From positions 52,886,001 through 52,950,000 of the forward strand of contig NC_043008.1 in the NCBI RefSeq assembly GCF_006345805.1: DNA of 64,000 nt, read 5' to 3'. The first letter of the stretch is position 1. Each line of letters opens with the position of its first letter. The position numbers and the translations under genes are program-made. Source of the stretch: Octopus sinensis. Lineage: Eukaryota. Under the pieces are notes generated by a model. It did no database searches. It saw only the letters and a program-made list of their open reading frames with translations, and had not been told where the DNA came from. Shown piece by piece: positions 50,161 to 63,537 of the stretch.

Positions 50161-50341
50161 GGTCAAGTACAACAGAAACAGGAAAAGTGAGAGCAAGTTG
50201 TGGTGAAAGAGTACAGCAGTGTTTGCCATCCCACACCCTGCCAGAGCCTCATTAAACACTCACAATACCTAGTCTGGGAATCGAAACTGCAATCTTATGA
50301 CCATGAGTGCACTGCCCTAACCACTGGGCCATTGCGCCTCC
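50161..50341 (-). mobile_element. 3'-truncated SINE family C joined to the mariner fragment
   Basis: Intact tRNA-like head; matches family C up to GTTGTACTTG, then switches to mariner sequence. Confidence 0.85.
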
Positions 50342-52200
50342 ATATATATATATATATATATATAATTAGATAATTTTAGTTGAATGAATAATCCCCAGTA
50401 CTTTTTTTTACCATTTTTTAAGCCTGATACTTATTCTATCGATCTCTTTTGCTGAACTGCCAAGTTACTGGGACGTAAACACCAACACTAGTTTGTCAGG
50501 CAGTGTTGGAGGATAAACACAGACACACACATATTGATATATATAAATATGATGGAATTCTTTCAGTTTTCATCTACTAAATCCAATGCTAGAAATAAGA
50601 GTCAAAACAACACTAAGCCATGATAAAGCATGACAGATTTCTTTCAGTTTTCATCTGCCAAATTCGTTCATTTTGGTTTGCCTGGGGCTATAGTAGAAGA
50701 CACGTGCCTAAGGTGTCAAGCAAATATTTTTTCATATTCCATTGGCATCACTTCCATATTTCTTAATTGGTGATTAATTCAATATCAAAGACTTCATTTC
50801 CATGTCTTGTGGCAAGAATAAATCAGTTTGCTAGAGACTATCACCCTTCTTGCTGCTAAAACTGGTCCCAAATTCCATACACATGGTATAAGTGAGTGGT
50901 TTCCAAACATTTACAGGCTGCCACCTGCTTGACACCCAGGCCACGTTCCTAGCGCCCTAACACCCCACTCACCACTACTACAACCCTGAGCCACTTTCTG
51001 CAGCCAAATTCAAAACAATTATATTTCACAAATAAAACTTAACCTAATTAACTCATTATTTTGAGATTTTTTTACATCCATTGCACCCCTTTTGGCCACC
51101 CCATTATTGCCCCACTTTTCTTCAATGTCCCCCAGTGGGGTAGTACCACCCGTTTTGGAAACCACTCGTATAAGTGAACAGAAATGATCCGACTAAAAAT
51201 AAAACTCACATTACCAAACTGATCTTACTACAGTTTTATGGAACTTGTATCAAGCTGACTACAATCTCTGCATTTAAAAAAAAAAAACCAAGACAACAAA
51301 CAGAATGAATTAGCTTTGTATCTAGTCAAAAGAGATCAATATTAATGTATCAGAGACTTACTCAAATAAATTATTTTTCATCTTGCAAATATTGATTTTG
51401 TTTTGTCAATTTTTTATCATATTTAGTTACAATGTTCTATTTTCTTTTATGTTGTTTTTTTTTAACTGGAATTATTATTTATTATTCATTGATGTTCTTC
51501 CCATTTTTATTTAATTCAAAGGTATGTCCTTTTAAATCAATTTGCTCAAAACAATAATCTCAAACATATCTTATAGTTTCCATTTCTATATAAACCTAGT
51601 TATTACATTATATATATTAATATTTGTAGACAGTGAATTATATAGACCCAGACAGGCACACTAACATAGTACTTTACTTAATTAGCATTAATGCATGTGC
51701 ATATGTGTGTATGTGACTGAATATATATATATTAATATCATCATCATCATCAGTTAACATCTGTTTTCCTTGCTGGCATGGGTTGAACATTTTGATAGAA
51801 GCTGGAAGGCCAAAGAGATTCACTAGGCTCCAATTGTCTATTTTGCATTGGTTTCTATGGCTGGATGCCCTTCCTAACACCATCTACTTTACAGAGTAGA
51901 ATGGGTGCTTTATATGTGGCACCAGCATATGTATGTGTGTGTGTGTGTGGGTATGTATATATGTACACACACACACATATATACTGTCTATCAAATCTAT
52001 TCACTTTATTTGGCTTGGGGCTATAGAAGATACTTGCCCAAGGTGCCACATTGCGGAGCTAAACCCATGGTTGGGTTCTTAACTACACAGCCACACCTGC
52101 TGCATCTCTCTCTCTCTCTCTGTATGTATGTATGTATATATATATATATATACACTCACACACACACACAGACATGTATATATCATCATTTTAACTCTTA

Positions 52201-53537
52201 TTAGGTTGTCTGGAAAGTTATGAGCATTTTTTGATATGTAAAAAGAGATGTAAATAATTGACCTTTCAATAAATTTTATTCAATGAAATAATTTCCATCA
52301 TTATTAATGACCTTTGCCCACCTATCAGGCAATTTAAATAGTCCATCAACATAAAATTTGACTGGTTTTGAGGAAAAAAAGTTATCTAGATGCACTTTGA
52401 CTCCATCTAAATCATTAAATGTTTTTCTTTGCAATGAGTTCTGTAGAGACTAAAACAAGTGGTAGTCGGATGGCACAATACCAGGAGAATATAGTATATG
52501 GGTTAAGAGATCCCAGCCAAGGTCATGTAACTTTGTTCGGTTAGCCAAAGACATATGTGGTAGGGTATTGTCTAGTTGGAACACTACCCATTTTCTGAAG
52601 GCAATCTTTGGCCTCAGTTCTTTGATTTCTTTGTTCAGCTGACGACAGTACACATCTTGAAACTAAAGATAGTAATTTTTTTTTCTAGTGCTGACTTAAG
52701 CTGCTCAGGGTAGATATCCTTTGTTATAATTTGGTTTGGGTTTAAAAGTTCAAAGTGGACTAAACCTTTTATATCCCACAAAGCAGATAGCAACACCTTA
52801 CATGGGGGAAGACCTTTAGCCTGGTGTGCTGGTGTTCCTCCTTTCCCTACCCACTGTCTCCAGCTCTTGACATTTTTATAGAGAACCATTTCTTGTCACC
52901 AGTCACTATTCAGTTCCAAAAAGGTTCATTTGTGAGACGTGACAGTAAAGAAAAGCACACATTCACTCTCTGCGCACAACTAGACTCGGAAAGTTTGTGA
53001 GTAACCCATTAACCCAATTTGCTGACTTTTCCAATAGCACACAGGTGTCAATGAATGGTTGAATGACCAAATCCAAGCTTCTCAGATAGTTTCTCAACAG
53101 TTATGATGCGATTTTGTTCCATTAGGGTTTGCAGTATGTCCTCGTGGAGCTCTACAGATTTTCCAGGATGAGACTTGTCTTCTAGGCTGTAGTTTCTAGC
53201 TCAGAATTTCTGGAACCACTGTTGACACTGGCTTACGCTTATTGTCCAATCCCCATACACTGCATTAATATTCTTCGCACTTTCCATTGTGTTGTTGCCT
53301 TTATTGAATTCATAATGTAAAATAAACTGAACATGCTCCTTTGCTACTTCCATTATAGCTTTGAAAAAATAACTGTTAAAATCGAACTGTACTCTTTAAA
53401 ACTTGCACTAAGAGTAAGCACAAGGTAAAATTACTACCTGCTTTTATAGCAAGTTGATGCAGCTAGTTTATCCCATCCCCCCTCCAACTTTTAGTTCATG
53501 CTATTAAAAAAACCGCATTCTTTATGGGATGACCCAA
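52201..53537 (-). mobile_element. Decayed full-length-sized mariner (1.34 kb)
   Basis: TA at both ends; TIR-like ends only ~60% alike; fragments KVLLSALWDIKGLVHFELL and FQLDNTLPH...LYSPGIVPSDYHLF. Confidence 0.85.
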
Positions 53538-53733
53538 TATATATATAATTATTATTTGAGGGAATAAAATCCAAATTTAATCTTTACTTTTTAATTGTAA
53601 TTTTAATTTTAACTTTTCTATCTATGTAATTTTCTAGATGGTGTAATTTAATTATTCATTTTGAATTGATAAAAGGTGGTTTTTTTCTAAAATTTTATAT
53701 ATATATATACATATACATACATATGTGTGTGTG

Positions 53734-53776
<43 letters not shown>

Positions 53777-53780
53777 GCAC

Positions 53781-53998
53781 AAACTTACATATGAAGGAGT
53801 GCTGAAAAGTTCCTGGCTTTAAGAGTATCATGAAAGGCTTGGCTGGAAGCCCAACCTTCTGAGTTCTTTTACAGGGTTTAGAAAAACTGAAGGACTACTG
53901 CAATAAGTGTGTGAATCTGAGAAGGGAATATACTGACCAAAATCATAATTATCTCACTCTCCTGTATTTTCTTTTACTCAAAACTAGGACCCTCTTGT
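53781..53998 (+). mobile_element. mariner-derived MITE
   Basis: TA|TGAAGGAGTGCTGAAAAGTTCCTGGCTTT terminus; internal GLEKLKDYCNKCVNLRREY resembles a mariner C-terminus; degenerate right TIR. Confidence 0.65.
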
Positions 53999-55164
53999 AT
54001 ACATACACACACACATATATATATATATATATGCACACATACATCTATGTATCTATATGTAGATAAAGTTGCTTCATAAAGGAGACAAATGTTTTGAAAA
54101 AATAATTTTTGGCATTGATGAGACTTGTCCCATGAAAGTCTCCTGCAAAATAGCTCTCTTTATGATTGATACACCACTCGCAATATTTTAAGTGTATCTC
54201 TGCAGATTTTCGGTGGAATTTAGAGCCAGCACCAAACGTTATTACCTTCATATCTGAATATATCTTATGCAAATAATGCAATAAAATATAGAAAAATAGG
54301 TAATTGGTGTATATCTATGTTTCAAGAATTATTGCTCTTTCTTCAGTACCACATCGAACCCATTAACTATCCATGAATACAATGGTTAAATAATCACTAA
54401 GTTTAGTGATGTAATACAACTGAATAGACCAATTTATATATTAATCACATTCCTCGTAACTGGTATGTATATGTTACTTGGTTGTTGCGACATGGTATTT
54501 TGCTACCTGATTCAGTATGTCAAAAGTAGGGAGCTGTAAAAGATTAGGAAACACTAGGATAGATCAACCCTTGTTTGCTTATTGGTTCCATGATCAGGTG
54601 AGATACACAGGTTTATTGTCGAAAAACAAACTTCTGCTGCTTTAAGATTCACAAATGTTTATTAATTAATCTGGCAATTTTGATGAAATGAATAGATCAT
54701 TTGATTTCACTCTGATTTCATTGGTTAACAAAAAAAAACCAAAAAAAACCGGAACAAAACAAACAAACAAACCATTGTTAAATATTCGTCGGTGTAATAA
54801 TATCTTAACTTTGATGCCAAAGTTTTCCCTGTTAAAGAAAAAAGAAAATCAAGCTCAAAGAAAGAAATCAGAGAAAACATTTTTATGTAATGACATTTGT
54901 GTCAACGAGACAAACAAACAACAAACGACATGCATGAAATATGAGACGGTGAGTTGACAAATTCCAGCTTATGTAGTTTCCTTAAATTGACAGTTAAACT
55001 GTTGATGGATGGAGAGATAAGTGGTTACATAAATAGACAAACCCTTTATTGTTATCATTTCTATTATCTCCTTTTTTTGTTGATTTAACACGCAACTTTG
55101 TTTAATACATCCACTGGGTACTTAGGTTTCTTTAATGGAATTCACTCCTTTGCCAGATTACATT

Positions 55165-55600
55165 ATACTCACTTGCTCGCTTAGTTACATACTTACTCAA
55201 GCCCATTCTTCCCTCTGGAGCCTCGGCCATCGATGACTTTTCTACACTGTTTTCAACTCTGGATTGCCTTTTCTACTTCTCTTCAGTTTAATCCCCTCTT
55301 CTTCATATCTACCTCACTATTCTTTCAGATTTTGCTGTACTGGGTCATATGTTTCCCTGAGGAAAGGCCTTCCTCTCTTAGGTTTCAGTTTTCATCAATG
55401 CTTCTGTAACCATACTTTTTTTCTAGCTACAAGTGTTAGCTCTACACAAAACCATTTTAACCTCTTGGAAGAGAAAGTCTATATTTGTGCAACCTCTATC
55501 CAGCATGGCAAGCTTTACCAGGAGCTTGTATCCTACTGGTATAACTCACGGGGTCACTGAAACATACAAGCCTCCACCCTGCAATAAAGATTGGACCTTG
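55165..55600 (-). mobile_element. Short non-autonomous RTE-related element (leader plus tail)
   Basis: Leader shared with 44200-44345; ends in a GAGTAAGT-type simple tail. Confidence 0.55.
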
Positions 55601-56789
55601 TGGTAGCTCTTAGTTATGTAATACCATTATATTCTCGAGGTTACAAATGATGAAAGTATTCAAGCGGAGGCTTACTCTTAGATAAGTGAGGGGCCCAAAC
55701 CCAAAAGTGATGCTTTGGGAGGCAGCCCTATTAAATGGCACTTAATGCTGTATCTCTCTCTTATACCATCATTCATAACTAATGTCCAAGCAAGCATAGA
55801 AGGAAGAGGCTGGTTCTTAGTCACTGGTTACCAGCAGAGTTGCTTAGAGGGATCAAAGTGATTAACGAGAGTCCATGAGTCACAGCTTTCTCTCCTTCAA
55901 CCAAAAATTACAAGAGTCCCTCTTGCATGTTAGCTCATGTCGTACAGTCCAATCCATGCTATCAAGAAAAATTGGATGTTAAATGAAGATTTGTCGATGA
56001 TGAATCTAAGTAAGTCCATTTAGACTACACAAACATCTGTTGGTTTTGGCACAGTCATAAACCCCCACCTATCAATTGCCAGAAACATACAAATTATAGA
56101 TCCACTTTCTCTTTCATCCCTTAGTCCTTGCTAATCTCTGTAATTCAGACTGCATTCTGTTGCAGAGGTTCTCAAACGGTGAACAGCAGATTTTTAAAAA
56201 TCCAGTTTAATCCTTTAGCATTTAAACCAACCATATCAAGCCTAAATATTTTGCCTGGTTTATGTTCAAACTGGCCAGATTCAGCCTCTCACACCTACCC
56301 TGCAATGCCATTCTAAAAACTATCAATAGAAACCTTGAAGCCACAAGGTAAATCCTGGTTAATTCTAAATAATGGTTTCAAATTTTGACGCAAGGGCAGC
56401 AATTTTAGGGGAGGGGATGAATCGATTACATCGACCCCCACTGTTCAACTGATACAAATTTTATCAATTCTGAAGGACAAAAGGCAAAGTTGACCTTGGT
56501 CGTACTTGAACTCAAAATGTAAAGCCAGATGAAATGTTGCTAAGCATTTGCCTGGCTTGCTAATGATTCTGCCAGCTTGCTGCCTTGTTAATTCTAAGTA
56601 ATGTAAAAAAAAAAAAGTATTGGGTTGGCCAGAAAGTTTGTGCCAATTTATAGTAGCTTACCTTTCGTCTTATTTTAGAACATAAAATAATAATTTAGAT
56701 ACTAAGTCATATTAATACTGACATTTGATTTGACAATATATTTTTTACTAATCTGTTTCCTTACAAATTTGCTAATTCTCCATTATTTT

Positions 56790-57975
56790 ATTTCCAGGAC
56801 AAGCTGCCTGTAGCCAAAGCACTCAACAAGATTCAGGGGAAGAAACAAGCCTACCTTGAGACTCTGCTGCCAATAGTCTCTGTGACGATCTTTAGGCTCA
56901 AGGATTTGAAGTCCAAGGGCCTCATCTACTGCAGCCCCTTGGTCAACGCACTTTTGGCAGGCATTGACAAAAGGTTTAGAACCTTCCTGGAGGATGAGGA
57001 ATGCCAACTGGCTGCTGCCTTCCACCTCAGGTTTTGCCTCATCTGGTTGGATAAGTATAACAGCACCAATGCTGCCAAGGTGAGGAAAAGCATGCAGGGT
57101 AAGGCCAAAGAGGCCATGAGGCAGCAGTCTGATGAAGTGAGCAGCAATGGTGGAGGAAGCAACAATGAAGAGGAGGAGATGACTTCTTCAGTGGTGTCAC
57201 CCAGCGAAAAGAGAGCAGCAGGAGCTACAGGTCACTCAAGGACAAGGCCCAGAATTTGGTCAAGACCTGGTTGGAGACCAACTCCAAGGACTTGCTGACA
57301 GATGCTGTCTTCTTGAGTGAGCAAGAGTTGGTGGACTTTTTCATCAAGTTCAACACAGCCATCCTCTCTAGTGCTGCAGTAGAGTGTTTGTTCTCTATGG
57401 GTAAGATCATCCCTTTCTGATGAAATCTTTGACTAATGCTAATTTTCATGACAGGCAACATGCATCTCTTGAACAAAATGAAGAATGAGAAGAAGAGGAA
57501 ATATTAAATTATTTTCATTTTTTATTTTTTTACAGCCACTTTATCAATGAACTTTTTTTAGTTTAATACTAATACTGTGTTTCATTTGAGATTCTTAATT
57601 TTTTAACCCTTTTCTGGTTCTAGAAGCCTTTAAAAGCCTAAAAAGGGGCAAAAACTATAAAATCAGCCTTTGTCAGGTCTTTTAAAAGTTAAAGCTACAA
57701 AATCATTTTTTAACTCTAAAGCAAAAAAAAAAACTAGTTTTTGGGTTCTAAAGCCCCTAAAAAGGCACACAAAGGCTGATTTTTATACTTTTGGGTAATC
57801 TTTAAAAGGTGGTTTGAGAGCAAAAACTGATTTTTAGTTATTTTTCTGTAATAAAAATTAACGTTAATGGTTTATTGATAACTTGTTACATTTTCAAAGA
57901 ATTAACTGATTAATGGTTAATGAAGATAACTCTTTGGTTAATGAAGCTAACTTTTCAATTAATGGTGCCCACATA
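56790..57975 (+). mobile_element. Decayed hAT transposon 3' half
   Basis: Frames give LAAAFHLRFCLIWL and FIKFNTAILSSAAVECLFSMG (hATC SSAxxERxFS motif), then subterminal repeats and an end resembling TTAATGGTGCCCACAT. Confidence 0.8.
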
Positions 57976-58094
57976 TACTAAAATGAAACAGAGCATTTTT
58001 GTACATTGTAAACACTCTTTAATCTATGTTTTTAACCAGGACCAAGTTCAGACCCAGAGCAGACCGAAGCACTTACGAGATTTTGGTGCCTCCA

Positions 58095-58415
58095 TCATCA
58101 TTGTTTAACGTCCATTTTCCATGCTGGCATGGGTTGGACGGTTTGACTGAGGTCTGGAAAGCCAGCGGCTGCACCAGGCTCCAATCTGATCTGGATGCCC
58201 TTCCTAATGCCAACCACTCCAAGAGTGCAGTGGGTGCTTTTTATGTGCCACCAGCACAGGAGCCAGTCAGGTGGGCTTGGCATCGATCATGTTCAGATGG
58301 TGCTTTTTACATACCACTGGCACAGGAGTCAGTCGGGAGCACTGGTATCAATCACATTTGGATGGTACTTTTTATGTGCCACCAGCACGGGAGTTAGTCA
58401 GGCGGACCTGGCATT
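58095..58415 (-). mobile_element. SINE-like family D
   Basis: CATCATCATTGTTTAACGTCC tail and three TTTTATGTGCCACCAGCAC-type subrepeats. Confidence 0.8.
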
Positions 58416-61400
58416 ATGTAATTCAAAAAATAAAAACTACAAAACAAATTTTTATTTTTCAAAATGAATCACAATTAACTGTAAGATGGAAAACAATAAT
58501 TTTTGTGTATTTACATTTTATTTGTATTTGAAAAGTTTTCAGCTACATTTATTTAATTGCAGTCTTTGATCACTATGACACCATGAACACTTGGAAATTA
58601 TATAATTTTAGCAAGTTTAAAGCGATTTTTCTTTTGTATGCCATAAAACATTTACCATTTCTGTGGTGCTGCCGCTTCCCTTGATGCCCTAAGCACATGT
58701 TCTTTTTTTTGCTTAATGGTTAATCCAGTGCTGTTTTTAAACATTGAAGAATTGAGAAAAGCTTGATTACTTCTAAATATTTTCAGTTACTAAAACTGTT
58801 TCTATTTTTACTAGATGTATTGCACTAAGTCATTAGCTGTATATTAGTGGAGATTAGATGCCTTACAATATTAACCAATGTTTTGAACAAGACATGGTTT
58901 AAGTGAAGAAAATCAATGGTATGAAATATTAGTGTAGAAGGGGTGGACTTATAGTTGCTTCCCTTTAACGATACATTTGTCTTAATAAATTGTTTCTATT
59001 TCATCAGTTATTTCTCAATAAAAAAATGAAGTAACAAACAAAATATAACAACTTTTACTTGTTTCGATCGTGTAAAAGCATCAACTTGTAGGGTTTTTAT
59101 CGAATAGATAGCTCCTACCCACCAACCAATACTTAATTTTAAAGTTTGGTACCAACTGTACCGGTTTCTTTGGTCGAACCACTAAATCACAGAGACGTAA
59201 ACAAACCAACGTCAGTCAACAAGCTGTGGTGGAGGGTCTTATAAGGCATCGGCCAGTGTCAGGCTGTTGTAGAAGAGACTTGTCCAAGTCGTCGCACAGT
59301 GAGACCGAAACCGGAACTACATGACTGCAAGGTGATTTTAACTACACAATCATGCCTGCAAAATAATACGCTGGAATAATAATTATCTCGATGCAAAATT
59401 TGTTTTGTCATTTTACCAAAAAGAAGAATGCTGATATTCGTCAGTGTGAGAACCATCGCTTGCCTTAAGAGTCATAGCTGGAACTTCCCGCCAAGGTCGA
59501 CTTGGCTTTTTATCTTTCCGGAGTCGATGCAATCGGCTAGCCTCGTCCCCGAACAATTTTCAGGTCCTGTACCTCTTGTAGAAAGGATTATTGCTGGAGC
59601 TGAGAATTTTGCTAATAAGATAATGACTGTACTTCTAGTTTTCCACAACCCTGAGTATGTTTCAAGTTACTTTTTGATGTTTCACAGCAGAAATCAGGTA
59701 TACCCATGAAAATTGCATCCTTTAACTGCAGAAAGTAGTTTTGCGCACCAATCTGTTTACCTGGAGAATGTCTGGTTTGAAACAATTTGCTGTTGAGACA
59801 ACGCGACTTGCAGAAAATACCAGTTCTATTTTTTGGTAGATATTTAGCATCATTACCGGAATAACAATAAAATTTAATTTTGCAGCAAAAGTGTCGAACG
59901 TGCATATCCAGAAACGTATTTTCCAGTGTCTTTCCTTTACTATATAGAGTGCTGTTTGTAATTTATCAGTAAATGAAGGTTTGCACAAGATATGGGTAAC
60001 CCTTTGGTGTGTGTGTGTAATTAAATTGTCTGCCGTCTTGGGCTTATTAATAATTTTTTCTATTGGCACACAAGGCCAGCAATTTGGGTGCAGATTAATC
60101 GATTAGTGCTCAATTGGTACTTATTTTGTCCACCCCCCAGAAAGATAAAAATCGACCTCGACGTAATTATTAAGAGAACTGAATTTGTAAGAGAAATTAA
60201 GGTAAGGGACGTAACTCTTTAAATTATTACAAATTGAAAATGTTAGCAACTTCACTGCTGCAGAATTAATTCAAATTAGTGAAAGGCGTTAATTGTTAAT
60301 CACGCTGAGGTGAAACATCTCTATGACAATGAACAGTTGATGTCATTCAGCAAATAGCTTGGGACCCAGTAATTTGATTACATTATCTTTGATAAGTGAC
60401 TATCGATATATTTTAGTCTCTGTATGAAGCTTGAGCAACAGGAGTCGTGGTAAAGGTTTCGGCTCTTTACTGTCGAGGTTCAAATCTCGTTAACTTTGCC
60501 TTTTATTTAGCCCTTGGCGATCGCTAGAATTAGGTATCAGTACCGTCGTGGTGTTCAGTTACACTGTAATTTTTCTGGAGGTAATCCAAGCCAGGGCCTG
60601 CTCAATGATTAGGTTTAACGCAGTGTGATTAGCTAAGTGACCAGCATTTAGGCAGCGAAACAGACCTGAAGACTAGTGGGATTGAGGAGCCTACCACAGT
60701 GGTATCCAAGTCCCTTACAGATTGAGTGCAATGGAGATGCAGAGCTCATCTAGACTAAGTAAACCTCCGATGTGGGCCACAGGCAGGGCATCAATCCAGT
60801 CCCCCGAGGATTGTGGTATGCTGCTAGTTGAAACGCTTGGTGTTACGTTGTTGGGTTTCCCTTTTTGGGGGGCAGGAGGGTGGGATATTCAACATAAATG
60901 ATAGACTAATCAGTTGAAGCTTCAGATATTTTATTTTCAGTATCACTAGGCAAAGATGTATATGTGATGAATAAAAATGCCCCCAACAATGGTTGCAATA
61001 CAGCTTTAGTAGAAAGATTTGGAAGAATTACAAAGTTCTCCAGGAATTTTATTTCATGTTAATTTAAGAATTTGCCAGCAAAATCTTATAAAATGACAAT
61101 ATGCTAAAAGAGGGATTTCAAAGCAAATGTTGATGTTGTGAAACCAAAAGTTAATAAACGAATGAATAGTTGCAAACAATGAGTTCTGAGATCAATACCG
61201 AATGATTGCTCACACATGGACTTGTAGGTATTGTTTGATGTTTGTAAAACACATATAAAGCAAAAATTTTTCAGTTCTTAACGTTTAACACAAAGTTCTT
61301 TTCTTTTCAAACATTTAAAAGTTTATTTCTTTCTTTTTAAACATTTAAGTTTTTCCTTCTTTTCTTCTAAAAATAGTTAAACAATTCAAAGTTATTCATC

Positions 61401-63521
61401 TTTTCTTTAAAAACATTTGATAAGTCTTTTTCTTTTCTTATAAAAATAGTTAAACAGTTCTTTATCTTTTCTATATAAAAAAAAAAAAAATGTAAAAAAG
61501 GTTTTCTTTTCTTATAAAACAGTTAACACTTCAAAGTTCTTTATCTTCACTTTAAAAAACACATTTAACTCAAAGTACGTTTTCTTTTAAAACATTTACC
61601 GGCAAAAGTTTTCCTTTTGTCTCTGCAAACTTAGCGTAGTATCCCACTACATCGCTCCGTGTATCTCAACCCCTATTTGTCAGAATTTGCCAAAATTCCG
61701 TGCTGCAAGGAATTTTGTCAGTGAACAGGTCGCGGTCTCAAAGCGATAAAAATATTTTGGCAAATTAAATTTAAATGAAGTGAATTTAACGGATTTTGTG
61801 TTTTTAATTAGCTTATAAACACCTTCCACGATGCAATAGAATTATCTCCCATGAGAAAAAAATTGGCGGGAGCGGTTGACTATTGTGCTAGAAATAACAG
61901 CTGAGTATGGCATTGGGAAGCTAACGATACATTCATGTCTTCGTCTATATAGTTCACACATAAATCAGGGAAAGTGGAGTGCACGAAAGGACGATGCAGT
62001 GTAGGTGTATAAGTATATTTTTACCACCTGTTGATACATATACGCAGACATGCCTAAATATTTACAGGGTACAGTGAATAAACTAAATAATGTAAGACCA
62101 AAATTACATAAAAATATCCTGAAATACTAGAGTAAGTTTATTCAATAAATTTCCCACCCTTTAGTGCCGGTACCATGATAAAATGCCTCAAGTATGTTCT
62201 ATAGTGACTGGTTTTAGGAATAGCATCCAGTCAAAATCTCCTGAACGGTGTCTCCTTGTTTAACTTGGTGAATGCTACCATAATCCTTTGCCTTCAGTTC
62301 ATACAGGCATCACACACACACACCAAGTATCCGTCATAGAAATCTTTTGGCGAAGGAATACCAGTATTTTAATGTTCCCTCCGTTGGGGGAGGGCATACG
62401 TGTGCGTACACATGCAGGTTATATAGAAGGCATTTACCCATGTGCCATGTAGCGGGACTGAACCCGGAACCATGTAGTTGGGAAGCCAGCTTCTAACCAC
62501 AGCAACGCCTATATTCCGTTTATAGCTAGATTATATCGTAGGATCGACCTAAGCCTTCTCAGTAGATGGAATTTGAATTTAGACCATACTCATACGCGTG
62601 CATGTGTTGCAGACATCATTTCAATGTTTCTCCCTATTGTATTGATGGGCCATTTTCTAATAGAGAAGGATTTGACATGAGTATGCTAGTCCAGATATAT
62701 ATTAACCCCACAGAATCTCCGTCTATTAAGCTTACACCGATAACTACTAGCGAACTTTTTTTTAAAACTATGTAGACCATTTTGGTACTTGTATCGCAGA
62801 GTGGTCCCGGTTTGCGCACCTATAATTTTTACAAAATTTAGTTTTTATAAATAAAAATTTTCCAAAAAAAAATGTAGAATTTTTTTGTTACAAATTAAAT
62901 ATCTCACGAAAATACAAGAGGTAGAATGCCTCAGGAGAGGTGGGTTTTTGGAGGTGCTTTTAGTCTTCGTACCTAACCGTTCCCCTGAAACTTTTACCCC
63001 TCTATCTAAAAATTTTGTTTGGTGGCATTTTCGAACGAATTGCAAGAACTGATATTTGCGTAAAAAAATTATATACATTTCCTTTTTAGAAAAAATCCCG
63101 TTTGTTTATAAAAATTAATTTATCGACTAACTAGCGGAGGGAAATTTAGTCTAAAAAAAAAAAAATATATATATGAAGCGGGAAAATGATTTCATGATAG
63201 CGGTTAAAAGCAGATTTTTAATAGTTCGTTCTGTAAGAAAATTCACCGGCAGGAAATTGCTCATACAGCATACTGTATAAAAATGTTTGCTTCGCAATTA
63301 AATCTGCAAAAGCTTTACTGAGCAATACATGCTGACAGTTACTATCTTCTAGCGGGAAAGCGAATAAAAGTAGGACTCCCAGGCAACGAATTATTAGCCG
63401 GGGAACAAAAGTTGCTAGGGTACTTCACTCATAGCATAGAAATATTTTGTACCCATAAATAAAGCTGTAATAAGTCGAAAATATCCACAAGCAGCGAGAA
63501 GACATTCCTGAAGAAAATATG

Positions 63522-63537
63522 GGCCCTGAAAAGGGCC
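63522..63537 (-). terminator. Replication-dependent histone mRNA 3' stem-loop
   Basis: Minus strand AAC-GGCCCT-TTTC-AGGGCC, 26 nt after the H3 stop codon; fits the SLBP-bound consensus. Confidence 0.95.

Larger units (their letters stand above)
51229..58730 (-). other. Candidate multi-exon transcription unit (unidentified gene or lncRNA)
   Basis: AG/GT-bounded segments at 58656-58730, 55676-55727, 54773-54828, 54478-54533 and 51229-51267 can be chained in frame. No homology recognised. Confidence 0.3.

Noticed and set aside
56882-57298. 138 aa ORF as a host gene
   Set aside because: Part of a frameshifted hAT transposase relic.
60540-61930. GC-richer block, decayed coding-like stretch and AT-rich subrepeats
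   Set aside because: Probably old retroelement debris; no motif, terminus or second copy that I could support.
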